Shown: positions 19,172 to 28,866 of the stretch, one piece after another
How positions within the stretch are numbered: position 1 is the first letter of the stretch
How the letters are laid out: every line of letters starts with the position of its first letter
Sequence record: NC_016158.1
From: Escherichia phage HK639
Strand: one strand, 5' to 3'
Length of the DNA stretch: 49,576 nucleotides
Made by a program: the position numbers and the translations under genes
The notes under the pieces: model-generated
The model's database searches: none
Seen by the model: only the letters and a program-made list of their open reading frames with translations
Told to the model about the DNA's origin: nothing

Positions 19172-22100
19172 ATGGAAGCGATCACTGGTGCAAAGGGTGG
19201 CAGCCAGAAGCAGCACACACCTGTAGAACAGCCCGATTCGGCGCAGTCAATGGCGCGCTGCCGCATGCTGCTGGCGCTCGGGGAGGGGGAGTTTGCTGGT
19301 GGCCTGGATGCGACCCGGATATTCCTGGACGGTACGCCGTTGGGAAACCCCGACGGAACGATGAATTTTGAAAATGTGTCATGGGATTTCCGGCCTGGCA
19401 CACAGACCCAGACACCAATACCGGGATTCCCTGCAGTCGAGAATGAAACTACGGTTGGCGTATCGCTGACAAAGGCCACACCATGGACGCGCGCGCTGAG
19501 TAATACCCAGATTGACGCGGTTCTCGTTCGTATTGGTATACCTGGATTGCAGCAGCAGGAAAACGACGGAGACATTGTCGGAACTACTGTCACATATCAC
19601 ATCGACATTGCGGTTGATGGCGGGGCATACCAGACAATGCTAACCAAAACGGTTACTGAAAAACTCAGTTCGCTGTATGAGCTGACCCATCGCATTAATC
19701 TTCCGAAAGCCAGTACGGGCTGGCAGATTCGCGTGGTACGCGACACTGACGACAGCACCAGCCAGATGTTGCAGAATAAAACGCAGGTACAGGCAATCAC
19801 TGAGGTGATTGATGCGCGCCTGCGCTATCCCCATACGGCGCTGCTGTATGTGTCGTTCAACGCCAAATCGTTCAACAATATCCCGAAGATTTCCTGTAAA
19901 CCGAAGGGGCGTATTATCCGCATCCCTTCGAATTACGATCCGATAGCCCGAACCTATAGCGGCACATGGGACGGGACATTTAAGTGGGGCTGGACGAATA
20001 ACCCAGCGTGGATCTGGTTCGATGTGCTCACTGAGCCGCGTTTCGGACTTGGCCGCCGTGTGACGCCAGAAATGCTCGATAAATGGGAGCTTTATCGCAT
20101 AGCGCAGCGCTGTGATCAGCTTGTACCAGATGGAAAAGGCGGTAGCGGTACAGAGCCGCGCTTCATGTTTGACGTGTACATTCAGGCGCAGGCCGACGCC
20201 TGGCAGGTGATCAAGGATATCGCCGCAGGCTTTAACGGCATGACGTTCTGGGGCAACAACATGTTCAATGTTGTCTCTGACATGCCGGCGGACACGTCGA
20301 AGCTGCAAATCCTTACCCGCGCTTCGGTGGTGGGCAAGCCGGTTTACTCGAGCGGCAGTGAAAAGACCCGCTTCTCCAGCGCGCTGATTAACTTCAGCGA
20401 CCCTGACAATCACTATCAGGACCGCACGACAGCGGTGATGTTCCCGGATCTGGTTAAGCAGTTCAAGTTTAAGCAGACGCAGATCACCGCAATCGGCTGT
20501 ACGCGCGAGAGCGAAGCGCAGCGCCGTGGCGGGTGGGCGGTGTATTCCAACTCACTCGACAGGATGATTACGCTACAGACCGGGCTTGATGGCTATGTCT
20601 ACGTGCCGGGTACCGTATTTGCATTTGCCGACGAACGCCTTTCAGGGCGTGTTTATGGTGGGCGCATCACCGAGTACAATTCCGGGATTAAGGCAGTGAC
20701 CACTGACCGCGGTACCAGCGCGGTGGCTGGCGATACACTGATGATTCGCACGCAGGGCGGTGCCGTTGAAAGCAGAGTGATTCAGGCCGTAAACGGCACG
20801 CAGCTGGTGGTTGCCACGCCTTTCACGGCAGAGCCGTTACCAAACGCTGTATTCGTCATCGATGCCGGGCAGTTGCGCCTGCAATACTTCCGCGTTACGA
20901 ACCTGAGATTTGATGATGAAGAAAACACCTTCACAATCACCGGGGCTGAGTATAACGCATCAAAATATGATGCGGTCGATAACAATGCCCGCCTGGATGC
21001 GCCGCCAGTCAGCCTGTTACCGACTGGTGTTGTAAGCCAGCCTGCCAACATCGCGGTAGCGAGCTATGACGCAGTACGCCAGGGGCAGCGAGTGGCCACC
21101 TTGACTGCATCATGGGATGCGCCGGTCGACAAGAACGGCAAACCACAGGCAGATGTCATAGCCTATCGCGTGCAGTGGAAGCGCGGCGACAATGAGTGGG
21201 TTAACGTGCCGGATACAGGGCTGCGCAATATCGAAGTTCCTGGCATCTTCGATGGTGATTATCTGGTACGTGTACGCGCCATCAACTCAGGAGGTGCGTC
21301 TAGCCTCTGGACAACGTCTGCTCTTACACACCTAAAGGGGCGCGCTGGTGACGTTCCAAAACCTGTAGGGCTAACAGCATCTGAAGATGTCGTTTTTGGG
21401 ATCAATATCACTTGGGGATTCCCTGCTGATACCTCAGACACATTAAGCACAGAGCTGCAATACAGCGTTACGGCTGACGGTTCAAATCCTATTTTGTTGG
21501 CGTCTGTACCTTATCCTCTAAAACTTTATCAGCAGATGGGCCTTAAGGCCGGTCAGGAATTCTGGTACCGCGCACAGCTGGTTGACCGAACCGGTAACGA
21601 ATCAGGATACACAGAATGGGTTCGTGGGCAGGCAAGTATAGATGTTTCTGATGTCTCCAGTGTGATTTTGGAGGACATGAAGGAATCTCAGACGTTCAAA
21701 GACCTGATCGAGAGCGCAGTGGACAGCAATGCAAAAATTGCTGGCATGGCTGATGATATCCTGCAGGCGAACAATCAGCTCGAACAGCAGGCGCTGGATA
21801 TTCAGGAAAATTCTGATGCTCTGGCGCAAGCTGCGGTGAAGATCGACGAAATGTCTGTCTCCATGGACGGCATGACGGGAGGCGTGAAGAACTCGGCCAT
21901 AGCTATCATCCAGGGCAACCTCGCACAGGTGGCAGCGCGTAAAACACTGACTGCGTCGGTCGCCGGTAACAGCGCGCAGCTTGACCGAATTGATGAAGTG
22001 ATCGTTAACGAGAAGGAGGCAACGGCGCGCGCTCTGCTGAGCCTGCAGACGGACGTTAACGGCAACAAGGCATCCATCAACAGCCTCAATCAGACGTTCT

Positions 22101-22636
22101 CGGATTACCAGCAGGCTATGGCCACGCAGGTAAACAGCATCACGGCGACCGTCAATGGCCACACTTCTGCGATCACCACCAACGCGCAGGCCATTGCCAA
22201 CGTCAACGGCGACCTGAAGGCGATGTACAACATCAAGGTTGGTGTCTCCAGCAACGGGCAGTATTACGCCGCGGGGATGGGGATCGGCGTGGAGAATACG
22301 CCATCCGGCATGCAGTCGCAGGTTATCTTCCTGGCTGATCGCTTCGCAGTCACCACGGCGGCCGGAAACAGCGTGGCTTTGCCATTCGTGATCCAGAACG
22401 GGCAGACATTCATCCGGGCCAGCTTCATTCAGGACGGCACCATTGACAACGCCAAAATCGGCAACTATATCCAGTCGAATAATTATGTGGCTGGATCTGC
22501 AGGCTGGAAGCTTGATAAGGGAGGGACGTTCGAAATTAACGGTGTGGCCGGGGGCGGGAGGATGCTGATATCCAGCACTCTCATTCGCATCTACGACAGC
22601 AACAACGTGCTGCGCGTCAGAATGGGGTTATGGTAA
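19172..22636 (+). CDS. J: tail tip / host specificity protein J
   Basis: 1154 aa; position after I; lambda J-like length and architecture with fibronectin-like repeats and C-terminal receptor-binding region. Confidence 0.85.
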   Translation: MEAITGAKGGSQKQHTPVEQPDSAQSMARCRMLLALGEGEFAGGLDATRIFLDGTPLGNPDGTMNFENVSWDFRPGTQTQTPIPGFPAVENETTVGVSLTKATPWTRALSNTQIDAVLVRIGIPGLQQQENDGDIVGTTVTYHIDIAVDGGAYQTMLTKTVTEKLSSLYELTHRINLPKASTGWQIRVVRDTDDSTSQMLQNKTQVQAITEVIDARLRYPHTALLYVSFNAKSFNNIPKISCKPKGRIIRIPSNYDPIARTYSGTWDGTFKWGWTNNPAWIWFDVLTEPRFGLGRRVTPEMLDKWELYRIAQRCDQLVPDGKGGSGTEPRFMFDVYIQAQADAWQVIKDIAAGFNGMTFWGNNMFNVVSDMPADTSKLQILTRASVVGKPVYSSGSEKTRFSSALINFSDPDNHYQDRTTAVMFPDLVKQFKFKQTQITAIGCTRESEAQRRGGWAVYSNSLDRMITLQTGLDGYVYVPGTVFAFADERLSGRVYGGRITEYNSGIKAVTTDRGTSAVAGDTLMIRTQGGAVESRVIQAVNGTQLVVATPFTAEPLPNAVFVIDAGQLRLQYFRVTNLRFDDEENTFTITGAEYNASKYDAVDNNARLDAPPVSLLPTGVVSQPANIAVASYDAVRQGQRVATLTASWDAPVDKNGKPQADVIAYRVQWKRGDNEWVNVPDTGLRNIEVPGIFDGDYLVRVRAINSGGASSLWTTSALTHLKGRAGDVPKPVGLTASEDVVFGINITWGFPADTSDTLSTELQYSVTADGSNPILLASVPYPLKLYQQMGLKAGQEFWYRAQLVDRTGNESGYTEWVRGQASIDVSDVSSVILEDMKESQTFKDLIESAVDSNAKIAGMADDILQANNQLEQQALDIQENSDALAQAAVKIDEMSVSMDGMTGGVKNSAIAIIQGNLAQVAARKTLTASVAGNSAQLDRIDEVIVNEKEATARALLSLQTDVNGNKASINSLNQTFSDYQQAMATQVNSITATVNGHTSAITTNAQAIANVNGDLKAMYNIKVGVSSNGQYYAAGMGIGVENTPSGMQSQVIFLADRFAVTTAAGNSVALPFVIQNGQTFIRASFIQDGTIDNAKIGNYIQSNNYVAGSAGWKLDKGGTFEINGVAGGGRMLISSTLIRIYDSNNVLRVRMGLW

Positions 22637-22932
22637 TGCCACAGGGTTTGCAGTGCTGGGACAGTGCAGGGCGGGTTGCAGTGGATTTAAGCGATTACGC
22701 GATCCGTTACATGGGCAGCGCAACGGTTTCGCTTGCTTCAGGAGAGACGTCAAAAAATGTCGCTTTTTCTGGCGCAACACAGGACGGGACGTTTGTCACA
22801 ATCGTTTCAACTGGAGTGACTGTAAACGAGTATTTTTGCCGCGCTTATAACGGCGGCTTTACTCTCTACTATCTCCCCACGGGTGGAAGTGCAGCAATCA
22901 CTCTCAATGTTGAGGTTTATAACTTTCAATGA
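22636..22932 (+). CDS. hypothetical tail-region protein with SAG motif
   Basis: ORF 22630..22932; ATG 22636 overlaps J stop (TAATG); motif QCWDSAGRVAVDL shared with next gene. Confidence 0.45.
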   Translation: MPQGLQCWDSAGRVAVDLSDYAIRYMGSATVSLASGETSKNVAFSGATQDGTFVTIVSTGVTVNEYFCRAYNGGFTLYYLPTGGSAAITLNVEVYNFQ

Positions 22933-23570
22933 GCGGATTCGAAGTTTACAACAGCGCCGGGAAACTGCTGGTGGACTCGCAAAACAGGTCGACCATGTTT
23001 TACGATCAGCGCGCGCTGGGGGCCGTAACCGACAAAGGCTTTTACCGTGTTGATAGCCCGTTTGGTGATGGCAGCACACTCGGCGGCACTCCTCAGGCAT
23101 TCTGGAATGACGGGCGCTTAAGGTGGCTGCAGCTGGGTACGAACAAATACGGTTTTCCTGGTGCTGATATGCTTGAAGATAATGCTGGAAGCATGATCCG
23201 AACAGCGCGAAATATTGGCATCCAGAGCGGCTATCTCGATGTGTTTGATAGCGCCGGCAGCCTTATCTGGAGTGCAGCATCAGCCTCTAAGATGCCGAGA
23301 GTTGTTGGGTTCTTTGACGTACCAGCGAACTATGACCTGCAGAACAATACCTTTTCAGTCAGTTTAAGCTTCAACCCCTGGATTTTGATAAACAACTGCC
23401 CGGGGAATCTCAGCGATGATGGCACGGTTGTCGGGTATTCAGGAGTGGTGCTCAAATGGACTGGCTCACAGCTGCAGGGCAGATATATATCAAAAAATCA
23501 GCGCAACTGGAGCCAGACGTTTCAGGGACGGGGCTTAAGAATCCCCATCGCTCAGTTTGTTGGAATTTGA
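22929..23570 (+). CDS. hypothetical tail-region protein with repeated SAG motif
   Basis: 213 aa; EVYNSAGKLLVDS and VFDSAGSLIWSA repeats. Confidence 0.5.
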   Translation: MSGFEVYNSAGKLLVDSQNRSTMFYDQRALGAVTDKGFYRVDSPFGDGSTLGGTPQAFWNDGRLRWLQLGTNKYGFPGADMLEDNAGSMIRTARNIGIQSGYLDVFDSAGSLIWSAASASKMPRVVGFFDVPANYDLQNNTFSVSLSFNPWILINNCPGNLSDDGTVVGYSGVVLKWTGSQLQGRYISKNQRNWSQTFQGRGLRIPIAQFVGI

Positions 23571-23897
23571 CACGGGAGGAACGCGTGGATAATGAGTCGC
23601 GATCATATCTTGTTTCACGCCCTTTGCTGAATTAAAGCGATAAACCACATCCAGCTTTTCCGTTTTTTTATAGCAAATATTACTTAACCGTTTATTAATA
23701 TGGCGGCTGAATATTCCGTTGCTACTGTCTGAAATAATATCCACCTCTCTGGTGGCGCAGTCGATATTTACATGAATATCACCACCCAGCGATAAACGAG
23801 CTGCATCAACCGGGTAATCCATCTGGAATGCGTTATCTGTGTGTGTGTTCGTACATCCAGCCACCAGCAAAAGCGCTGCAGCAAATAAAAGTTTCAT
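23535..23897 (-). CDS. lipoprotein (moron), candidate superinfection-exclusion protein
   Basis: 120 aa; MKLLFAAALLLVAGC lipobox signal; opposite strand to all flanking tail genes; AT-richer; RBS AGGAATG. Confidence 0.55.
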   Translation of the reverse strand: MKLLFAAALLLVAGCTNTHTDNAFQMDYPVDAARLSLGGDIHVNIDCATREVDIISDSSNGIFSRHINKRLSNICYKKTEKLDVVYRFNSAKGVKQDMIATHYPRVPPVSNSNKLSDGDS

Positions 23898-24023
23898 TTC
23901 AACATTCCTGTTTATGCGGGAACTTCCATTTTATTTGAGTTTAAAAAATAGTCAGATTGATATGAGCGATCAATTTTACACGATTGATCGCTTTTAACGA
24001 TCGTTATTATCGTGAGGTAGTTC

Positions 24024-25277
24024 ATGCTTTATAACACCGGCACCATCGCAATTAACGGAAATACCGCAACCGGCACCGGCACAAACTGGACAGCTCCCGC
24101 CAGCCAGGTTCGCTCTGGCCAGACAATTATCGTCATGTCTAACCCGGTGCAGCTGTTCCAGATTTCATCCGTGAACAGCGCCACGTCAATGACGGTTACG
24201 CCTGCCGCTTCCCCGGCGCTGAGCGGCCAGAAGTATGGAATTCTTGTGTCGGACATTATCTCAGTCGACGGCCTGGCACAGGCCATGTCGCAGCTCATCA
24301 AAGAGTACGACGAGAACATTGGCGCGTGGGAGACGTTCGCTACTACCTCAGCAAACCAGACCATCACCGTAACCATCAACGGCACCCCTGTAACGATCCC
24401 CGGCATCGGCAAACTAGCTCTGAAAGGGAGTAACGGTGCGCTGGCTGTTGCTGACGGCGGAACCGGAGCAACTAAGGCAGAAGACGCTCGCACAAACCTC
24501 GGTTTGGGAAGTAGCGCCACGAGGAACGCATACAGCTCCACCGGGGATATGCTTTCAGTAGGTGATTTTGGATTAGGATCGACAAGTGCTCCCGGACTTA
24601 ATGATGCTAATTTGGGACGTCAGACAGCTTTCTCTGCGGCTGGCGGTGCTGGTGCAGTTAACTTTTTCGATGCGTATTCTCCGTTGCTATCAATGGTAAG
24701 AACCACTTCAACAGCGGTACAGATGCAGATAACAGCAGCTGGTAAATCTGCAGTTAGAGGGTGTAATGCGGGGAACTGGACACCGTGGTACGAACTTTAT
24801 TCAACTCAAAATACAACGAAATCCAGCGATGGAACCCTTAAGGCTGCGTCTCCGGTTGCCCGTATCGTAGCGAGCCAGGAAGCCTGCCAGCGCGCCGATA
24901 TAGCGGAGGATGGCTTCTCCTGGTGCGGCTGTGGGACGGCGAACACTGAGGCGGAGGGAATAACCATTTCTCGCCTCGAGGTGGGCGTTTACGTGCTGGC
25001 AGGTTCGGCAGGCTTGGCGTCCGAGGGATGGCAGCTACTGCCACCAATGGACCCCGGCGGCATGGGAGAGCTGGGAGTGGTTGAGGCAGAGCAAACCGAT
25101 AGCGGCGAGCTGACAATCCGTCTTTTCAAGCGAAAATATATCCTGAGCGATGAAGGTGAGGTCATCAAAACCAAAGGTGAACCGATTGACGTCCCGGCGA
25201 ACAGCTGGATCGATGTTCGTCTGGATATGCCAGCGGATAGCATCTGGAACACCAAAGTTTCCGGTTCTTCTCTCTAA
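24024..25277 (+). CDS. side tail fibre protein
   Basis: 417 aa; conserved phage tail-fibre N-terminal region followed by Gly/Ala/Thr/Ser-rich repeats; RBS GAGGT. Confidence 0.7.
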   Translation: MLYNTGTIAINGNTATGTGTNWTAPASQVRSGQTIIVMSNPVQLFQISSVNSATSMTVTPAASPALSGQKYGILVSDIISVDGLAQAMSQLIKEYDENIGAWETFATTSANQTITVTINGTPVTIPGIGKLALKGSNGALAVADGGTGATKAEDARTNLGLGSSATRNAYSSTGDMLSVGDFGLGSTSAPGLNDANLGRQTAFSAAGGAGAVNFFDAYSPLLSMVRTTSTAVQMQITAAGKSAVRGCNAGNWTPWYELYSTQNTTKSSDGTLKAASPVARIVASQEACQRADIAEDGFSWCGCGTANTEAEGITISRLEVGVYVLAGSAGLASEGWQLLPPMDPGGMGELGVVEAEQTDSGELTIRLFKRKYILSDEGEVIKTKGEPIDVPANSWIDVRLDMPADSIWNTKVSGSSL

Positions 25278-25391
25278 CTCCAGTGACAACCTGCCGAAAT
25301 TCAGCCTTAAAAATTAATAGGCGAACCCAAATAGATCTACACCTCCTTTAATAGTACTGTATGTATAAACAGTGCTAAAGAGGTGCAGAAC

Positions 25392-25781
25392 ATGGGATTC
25401 CCATCTCCAGCAGCAGACTATGTTGAAGATCGCATATCGCTCGACAAACGGCTTATCGCGCATCCGGCAGCCACGTACATGATGATAGCGGGCTCTACAT
25501 ACCTGCGAGCTGGCATAATGAAGGGCGCAATGCTTATCGTCGACTCGTCGCTGACACCAAAAGACGGTTCTCTTCTGGTGTGCGCTATAGACGGTGAGTT
25601 CAGGATTATGCGTTACAGGACGCATCCGCAGCCTTGTCTGGAAAACCCTGAAAATGGAAGGAGGGAGTCGTTACCGTTGAAAGACGATGTGTCGGATACA
25701 TCGCGGCCGGTGTTTGGGGTGATCACCTACAGCATCAACGATGCGCGTTCTGGTGAGTTCGACGACTGCCCGGTGATGTAA
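25392..25781 (+). CDS. UmuD'-like protein (S24 LexA/UmuD fold, begins at position equivalent to UmuD cleavage site)
   Basis: [29 protein letters not shown] resembles E. coli UmuD residues from Gly25 ([28 protein letters not shown]); C-terminal VFGVITY resembles VFGVVIHV; GDSM and VKKL catalytic motifs not conserved (GSTY, IMRY). Confidence 0.65.
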   Translation: [129 protein letters not shown]

Positions 25782-25938
25782 TGGGGAAACTGCATAGCTA
25801 TGCCAGGCTGCATGGCTGTGCATTCTCTGTGTCACAGATGTGTCATGCATTAATGAGCAATAACGAAACGCGGAAGCATAGAACGACACGCAATGACACA
25901 AATCCGGCGCGAGCGCGGAAAAACTAATGATATTACAG

Positions 25939-26006
25939 TGTGTTAAATGGTGCTCTACGTTCTTCTAAGCCGTAGGTCGTAGGTTCGAATCCTACAGGGC
26001 GTGCCA
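25939..26006 (+). other. tRNA-Arg(UCU)-like 3' segment ending in CCA; candidate attP core
   Basis: Anticodon-loop-like CTTCTAA, T-arm GTAGG-TTCGAAT-CCTAC, acceptor AGGGCGT-G-CCA; no matching 5' acceptor strand upstream; 15 nt from int stop. Confidence 0.55.
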
Positions 26007-26021
26007 TTTAAAAACAGTCGC

Positions 26022-27185
26022 TTACGCCAGTTTCAAGCCAGCCTGATTTTCTCCTTGTGTCGTATTTGTGTCATGGTTGCCAAAAATGGCATCAATTTTC
26101 CGTGCGTGTTCGCTTAAGTGGTTCGGTGCCAGGTGAGCGTATCGACGTACCATTTCGATGGACTCCCAGCCGCCCATTTCTTGCAGAACTGACAACGGAA
26201 CGCCGGACTGAATTAACCAGCTCGCCCAGGTATGCCGGAGGTCATGAAAACGGAAGTCTTCTATACCCGCTCTTTCCAGTCCAATGCGCCAGGCGACATT
26301 GTCATCCACTCGCATTTTGCGGACAGCCGGAGTGACGGTTTTATCCGGGCGCGTTGATGGCTTCGTGTGAACGAATACCCACCTGGAACTTTTCCCGATC
26401 TGATCCCTTAACACCCTGCATGCGGTATCATTCAGAGCCACGCCGATAGCCTTGCCCGCCTTCGCGTTCTCCGGATTTACCCATGCAACCTTTCTCTGCA
26501 TATCGACCTGCTGCCACTCCAGATCAATGATGTTGGAGCGGCGCAGGCCGGTTGCCAGTGCAAATATCACCACCGGCTTTATCGACTCCGGCATGCAGGA
26601 GATAAGCCGTTCTGCCTCGTCCCTGGTCAGCCATCGGATGCGTTTGCTGATCGGCTTTTTCGTTTTTATAACCGGGGCCGTTTTAATCCAGCCCCAGTCA
26701 TTAGCCGCAGCCTTGAACAGAGATCGCATGAAAGAAAGGTGCTGACTCTTTGTGGCCTGGCTTACCGGTTTCTCAACATACGGAGGCGGTTCCTTCCCCC
26801 GGCGTATAGCCGCGTCCCTGCGCGACTCCCAGACCTGAATATGCTTACGGTTGACCATCTTCGAAACAGCCTCATGAACCTGATCAGCTGTGATGGTTGA
26901 AATATCCCGGCCGGAGAAATGCCGCAGGAAATATTCGATTTTGGTCTTATCGTCATCGAGTGACCGCTTATGCTCCTTCTCACGGAGCCACCTGATGCAA
27001 CATTCCTCAAACGTCCTCGTCGGTAGTTCCCCAATTTTATCCACCCGCCACGCTTCAGCCTTCAGCTTGTCGTGCAGCTCCTGCGCTTGTTTCTTGTCCC
27101 CCGTACCAAGAGATCGTCTAATTCTTTTCCCTGACGGCGTAACGAAATGACAGTGCCAGACGCCGCCTCTGAGGGTGATTGACAT
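26022..27185 (-). CDS. int: tyrosine integrase
   Basis: 387 aa; C-terminal catalytic signature [39 protein letters not shown] (R..H..R..Y). Confidence 0.9.
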   Translation of the reverse strand: MSITLRGGVWHCHFVTPSGKRIRRSLGTGDKKQAQELHDKLKAEAWRVDKIGELPTRTFEECCIRWLREKEHKRSLDDDKTKIEYFLRHFSGRDISTITADQVHEAVSKMVNRKHIQVWESRRDAAIRRGKEPPPYVEKPVSQATKSQHLSFMRSLFKAAANDWGWIKTAPVIKTKKPISKRIRWLTRDEAERLISCMPESIKPVVIFALATGLRRSNIIDLEWQQVDMQRKVAWVNPENAKAGKAIGVALNDTACRVLRDQIGKSSRWVFVHTKPSTRPDKTVTPAVRKMRVDDNVAWRIGLERAGIEDFRFHDLRHTWASWLIQSGVPLSVLQEMGGWESIEMVRRYAHLAPNHLSEHARKIDAIFGNHDTNTTQGENQAGLKLA

Positions 27186-27397
27186 AAAATTTCTCCTTTA
27201 TGTTCACCCGCGCTCGCAGGAACAGGATCGCGCGGGTCATGTAAATACGCAATACAGGCAACGTCGGTCGTGCGGTATTTGTTCCCGATCTTCTTCCCGG
27301 CCAGCTGCCCCGAATCGATAAGACGGTAAACAGTTCTCGGTGAGACTTTCAGGAGTTTCGCTGCCTTTTGCGCAGTGAGTGGCTCTGCTGTAACCAT
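27062..27397 (-). CDS. xis: excisionase (HTH)
   Basis: HTH segment [28 protein letters not shown]; immediately upstream of int; 3' end overlaps int start in another frame, so true stop/length uncertain. Confidence 0.65.
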   Translation of the reverse strand: MVTAEPLTAQKAAKLLKVSPRTVYRLIDSGQLAGKKIGNKYRTTDVACIAYLHDPRDPVPASAGEHKGEILCQSPSEAASGTVISLRRQGKELDDLLVRGTRNKRRSCTTS

Positions 27398-27405
27398 CTC
27401 CCCTC

Positions 27406-27606
27406 CTATGACATTGTTTTATAAAACTGCGGGCCGTCGGGTGTGGCCGCGCGTAATTCGTTTTCCGCGTGCACTGAATAATTGCCGTCATCCCATCGCA
27501 CCCAGGCTTTCGGGTGATCGCCTTCCGGCTCCAGTTGACTATCAACCACGCCATGGATACCGCCGGTCTTCTTTTGGACTAATGCGCCCACATTAAAAGC
27601 AGCCAT
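27406..27606 (-). CDS. hypothetical small protein
   Basis: ORF 27406..27708; start at internal ATG 27606 preceded by GGAAGG RBS (66 aa). Confidence 0.4.
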   Translation of the reverse strand: MAAFNVGALVQKKTGGIHGVVDSQLEPEGDHPKAWVRWDDGNYSVHAENELRAATPDGPQFYKTMS

Positions 27607-27706
27607 TGCACACCTTCCGGTTCGTGAAGAAATGAGATTAGAGCGCCCAGCGCCATAAGTGCGGCGATGAGCCAGGTCATGGGGTTTTATTGCATGGTGA
27701 AATCCC

Positions 27707-27732
27707 AATAAAAAACCCGCCAGAGCGGGTTT
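27707..27732 (-). terminator. rho-independent terminator (minus strand)
   Basis: Minus strand reads AACCCGC-TCTGGC-GGGTT followed by TTTTTTATT. Confidence 0.55.
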
Positions 27733-27749
27733 AGAGGTGCGAGTAAATG

Positions 27750-27938
27750 CTATTCGTTTCGAGTGCTTGCTTCAGCCTCCCACTCGGTAAATGCAGTTTG
27801 CTTGTTGCGCGTTATGATGTTGAACTTTCTTTCTAAATCAAAAACAGACCATTCACCGTTGGGTTTCTCTTCACATCTGACTAGATATGAAACTCCATTT
27901 ACAACAATTCGTCTGTCAATCTGGATAAATTTTTTCAT
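27750..27938 (-). CDS. hypothetical small protein (AT-rich moron)
   Basis: ORF 27750..28016; start taken at Met27 (27938) preceded by GGGGTGA; 62 aa; locally AT-rich. Confidence 0.4.
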   Translation of the reverse strand: MKKFIQIDRRIVVNGVSYLVRCEEKPNGEWSVFDLERKFNIITRNKQTAFTEWEAEASTRNE

Positions 27939-28062
27939 TGTCACCCCATCAGAAAAGCAGAAATACTGTGTACATCGAATATTATTCCTGCATTCCAGCG
28001 AAACGGCAAAGTACATAATATTGTCTCACCAATAGCCAGCTCATAACTGGCTATCAGTTGCG

Positions 28063-28293
28063 TCAGTCGTCTTCATCTTCCTCCCAGTCCTCGTCGTAAT
28101 ATGGCGAGGCGAGAAGCGGATTGGTTGCGGATAGAACCTCTCCAGCGGCACCCTGCCGCTGAAGTCGACGAAGCGCTTCGTATAGCTCAAAGGCCTCGGT
28201 TCGCTCGTCACCTATATCGAGGGCGCATGCAACCTTGTGCGCCTCGGTGACTAGGGTTGATAGCTGGTTTCGGATGTCATGAATGGTGCTCAT
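28063..28293 (-). CDS. hypothetical acidic small protein
   Basis: ORF 28063..28515; start at ATG 28293 after GAGGAG RBS; 76 aa with acidic tail DEDWEEDEDD. Confidence 0.45.
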   Translation of the reverse strand: MSTIHDIRNQLSTLVTEAHKVACALDIGDERTEAFELYEALRRLQRQGAAGEVLSATNPLLASPYYDEDWEEDEDD

Positions 28294-28301
28294 AGTTCTC
28301 C

Positions 28302-28541
28302 TCATGCCGCGCGCTGGGCACGCAGCTTCTTCAGGTGTTCTGCTGTTTCGATTTCTTCGGCGATCCGCTCGGCCTGTGCTTTGGTCAGCGGTTCGAATTC
28401 GTGCTGAAAGCGGCCCATGCTGGCGATGCAGGTGCGGCCGTTGCGGATGTAGTGGATTACTTCGTGGGTAGCGCGAAGGATTTTGCAGGGCGCGCCGTGG
28501 GGATCGGCGTACCACGTATTAGGCTGGATTATCCTGAACAT
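28302..28541 (-). CDS. hypothetical protein
   Basis: 79 aa ORF in leftward early operon, tightly packed. Confidence 0.45.
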   Translation of the reverse strand: MFRIIQPNTWYADPHGAPCKILRATHEVIHYIRNGRTCIASMGRFQHEFEPLTKAQAERIAEEIETAEHLKKLRAQRAA

Positions 28542-28866
28542 TTGCTGACTCCTTCAAAAGAAGGTAGACGATTGCCACAGCGCGCAGAGGGTTACGGTGA
28601 GTGGAGCTGATGCCCGATTCGTGGGATGCCTGCCAGACGGTCTTACCTGATGGGGTGAGGCCGATCCGGTGCTTCTTCATTGCCGGGAATAGCTCTTCGG
28701 CACGACGCAGCGGGAAATAACCAGTGTTCTGCACCGTGTTAAACCAATTCCACGACAAATTGGCGCCGGTACTTTCATGCGGGTGAATGGTGGCGCTGTA
28801 TTTTGGCTTAAGGAAATAGGCCAGCCTGACGCTGATTTCCCCATCACTCAGCTTGCTGTAATCCAT
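28519..28866 (-). CDS. hypothetical protein
   Basis: ORF 28519..28893; start at Met10 (28866) with GGAGGAGGAG RBS. Confidence 0.45.
   Translation of the reverse strand: MDYSKLSDGEISVRLAYFLKPKYSATIHPHESTGANLSWNWFNTVQNTGYFPLRRAEELFPAMKKHRIGLTPSGKTVWQASHESGISSTHRNPLRAVAIVYLLLKESANVQDNPA

Noticed and set aside
19640-20413. 257-aa minus-strand ORF inside J
   Set aside because: Antisense shadow ORF within the host-specificity gene; Arg/Ala-rich composition typical of reverse-frame artefacts
28063-28515. Full 150-aa track ORF as the gene
   Set aside because: N-terminal 74 residues are Arg/Pro-rich low-complexity sequence overlapping the upstream gene; an internal ATG at 28293 with GAGGAG RBS gives a compact 76-aa protein
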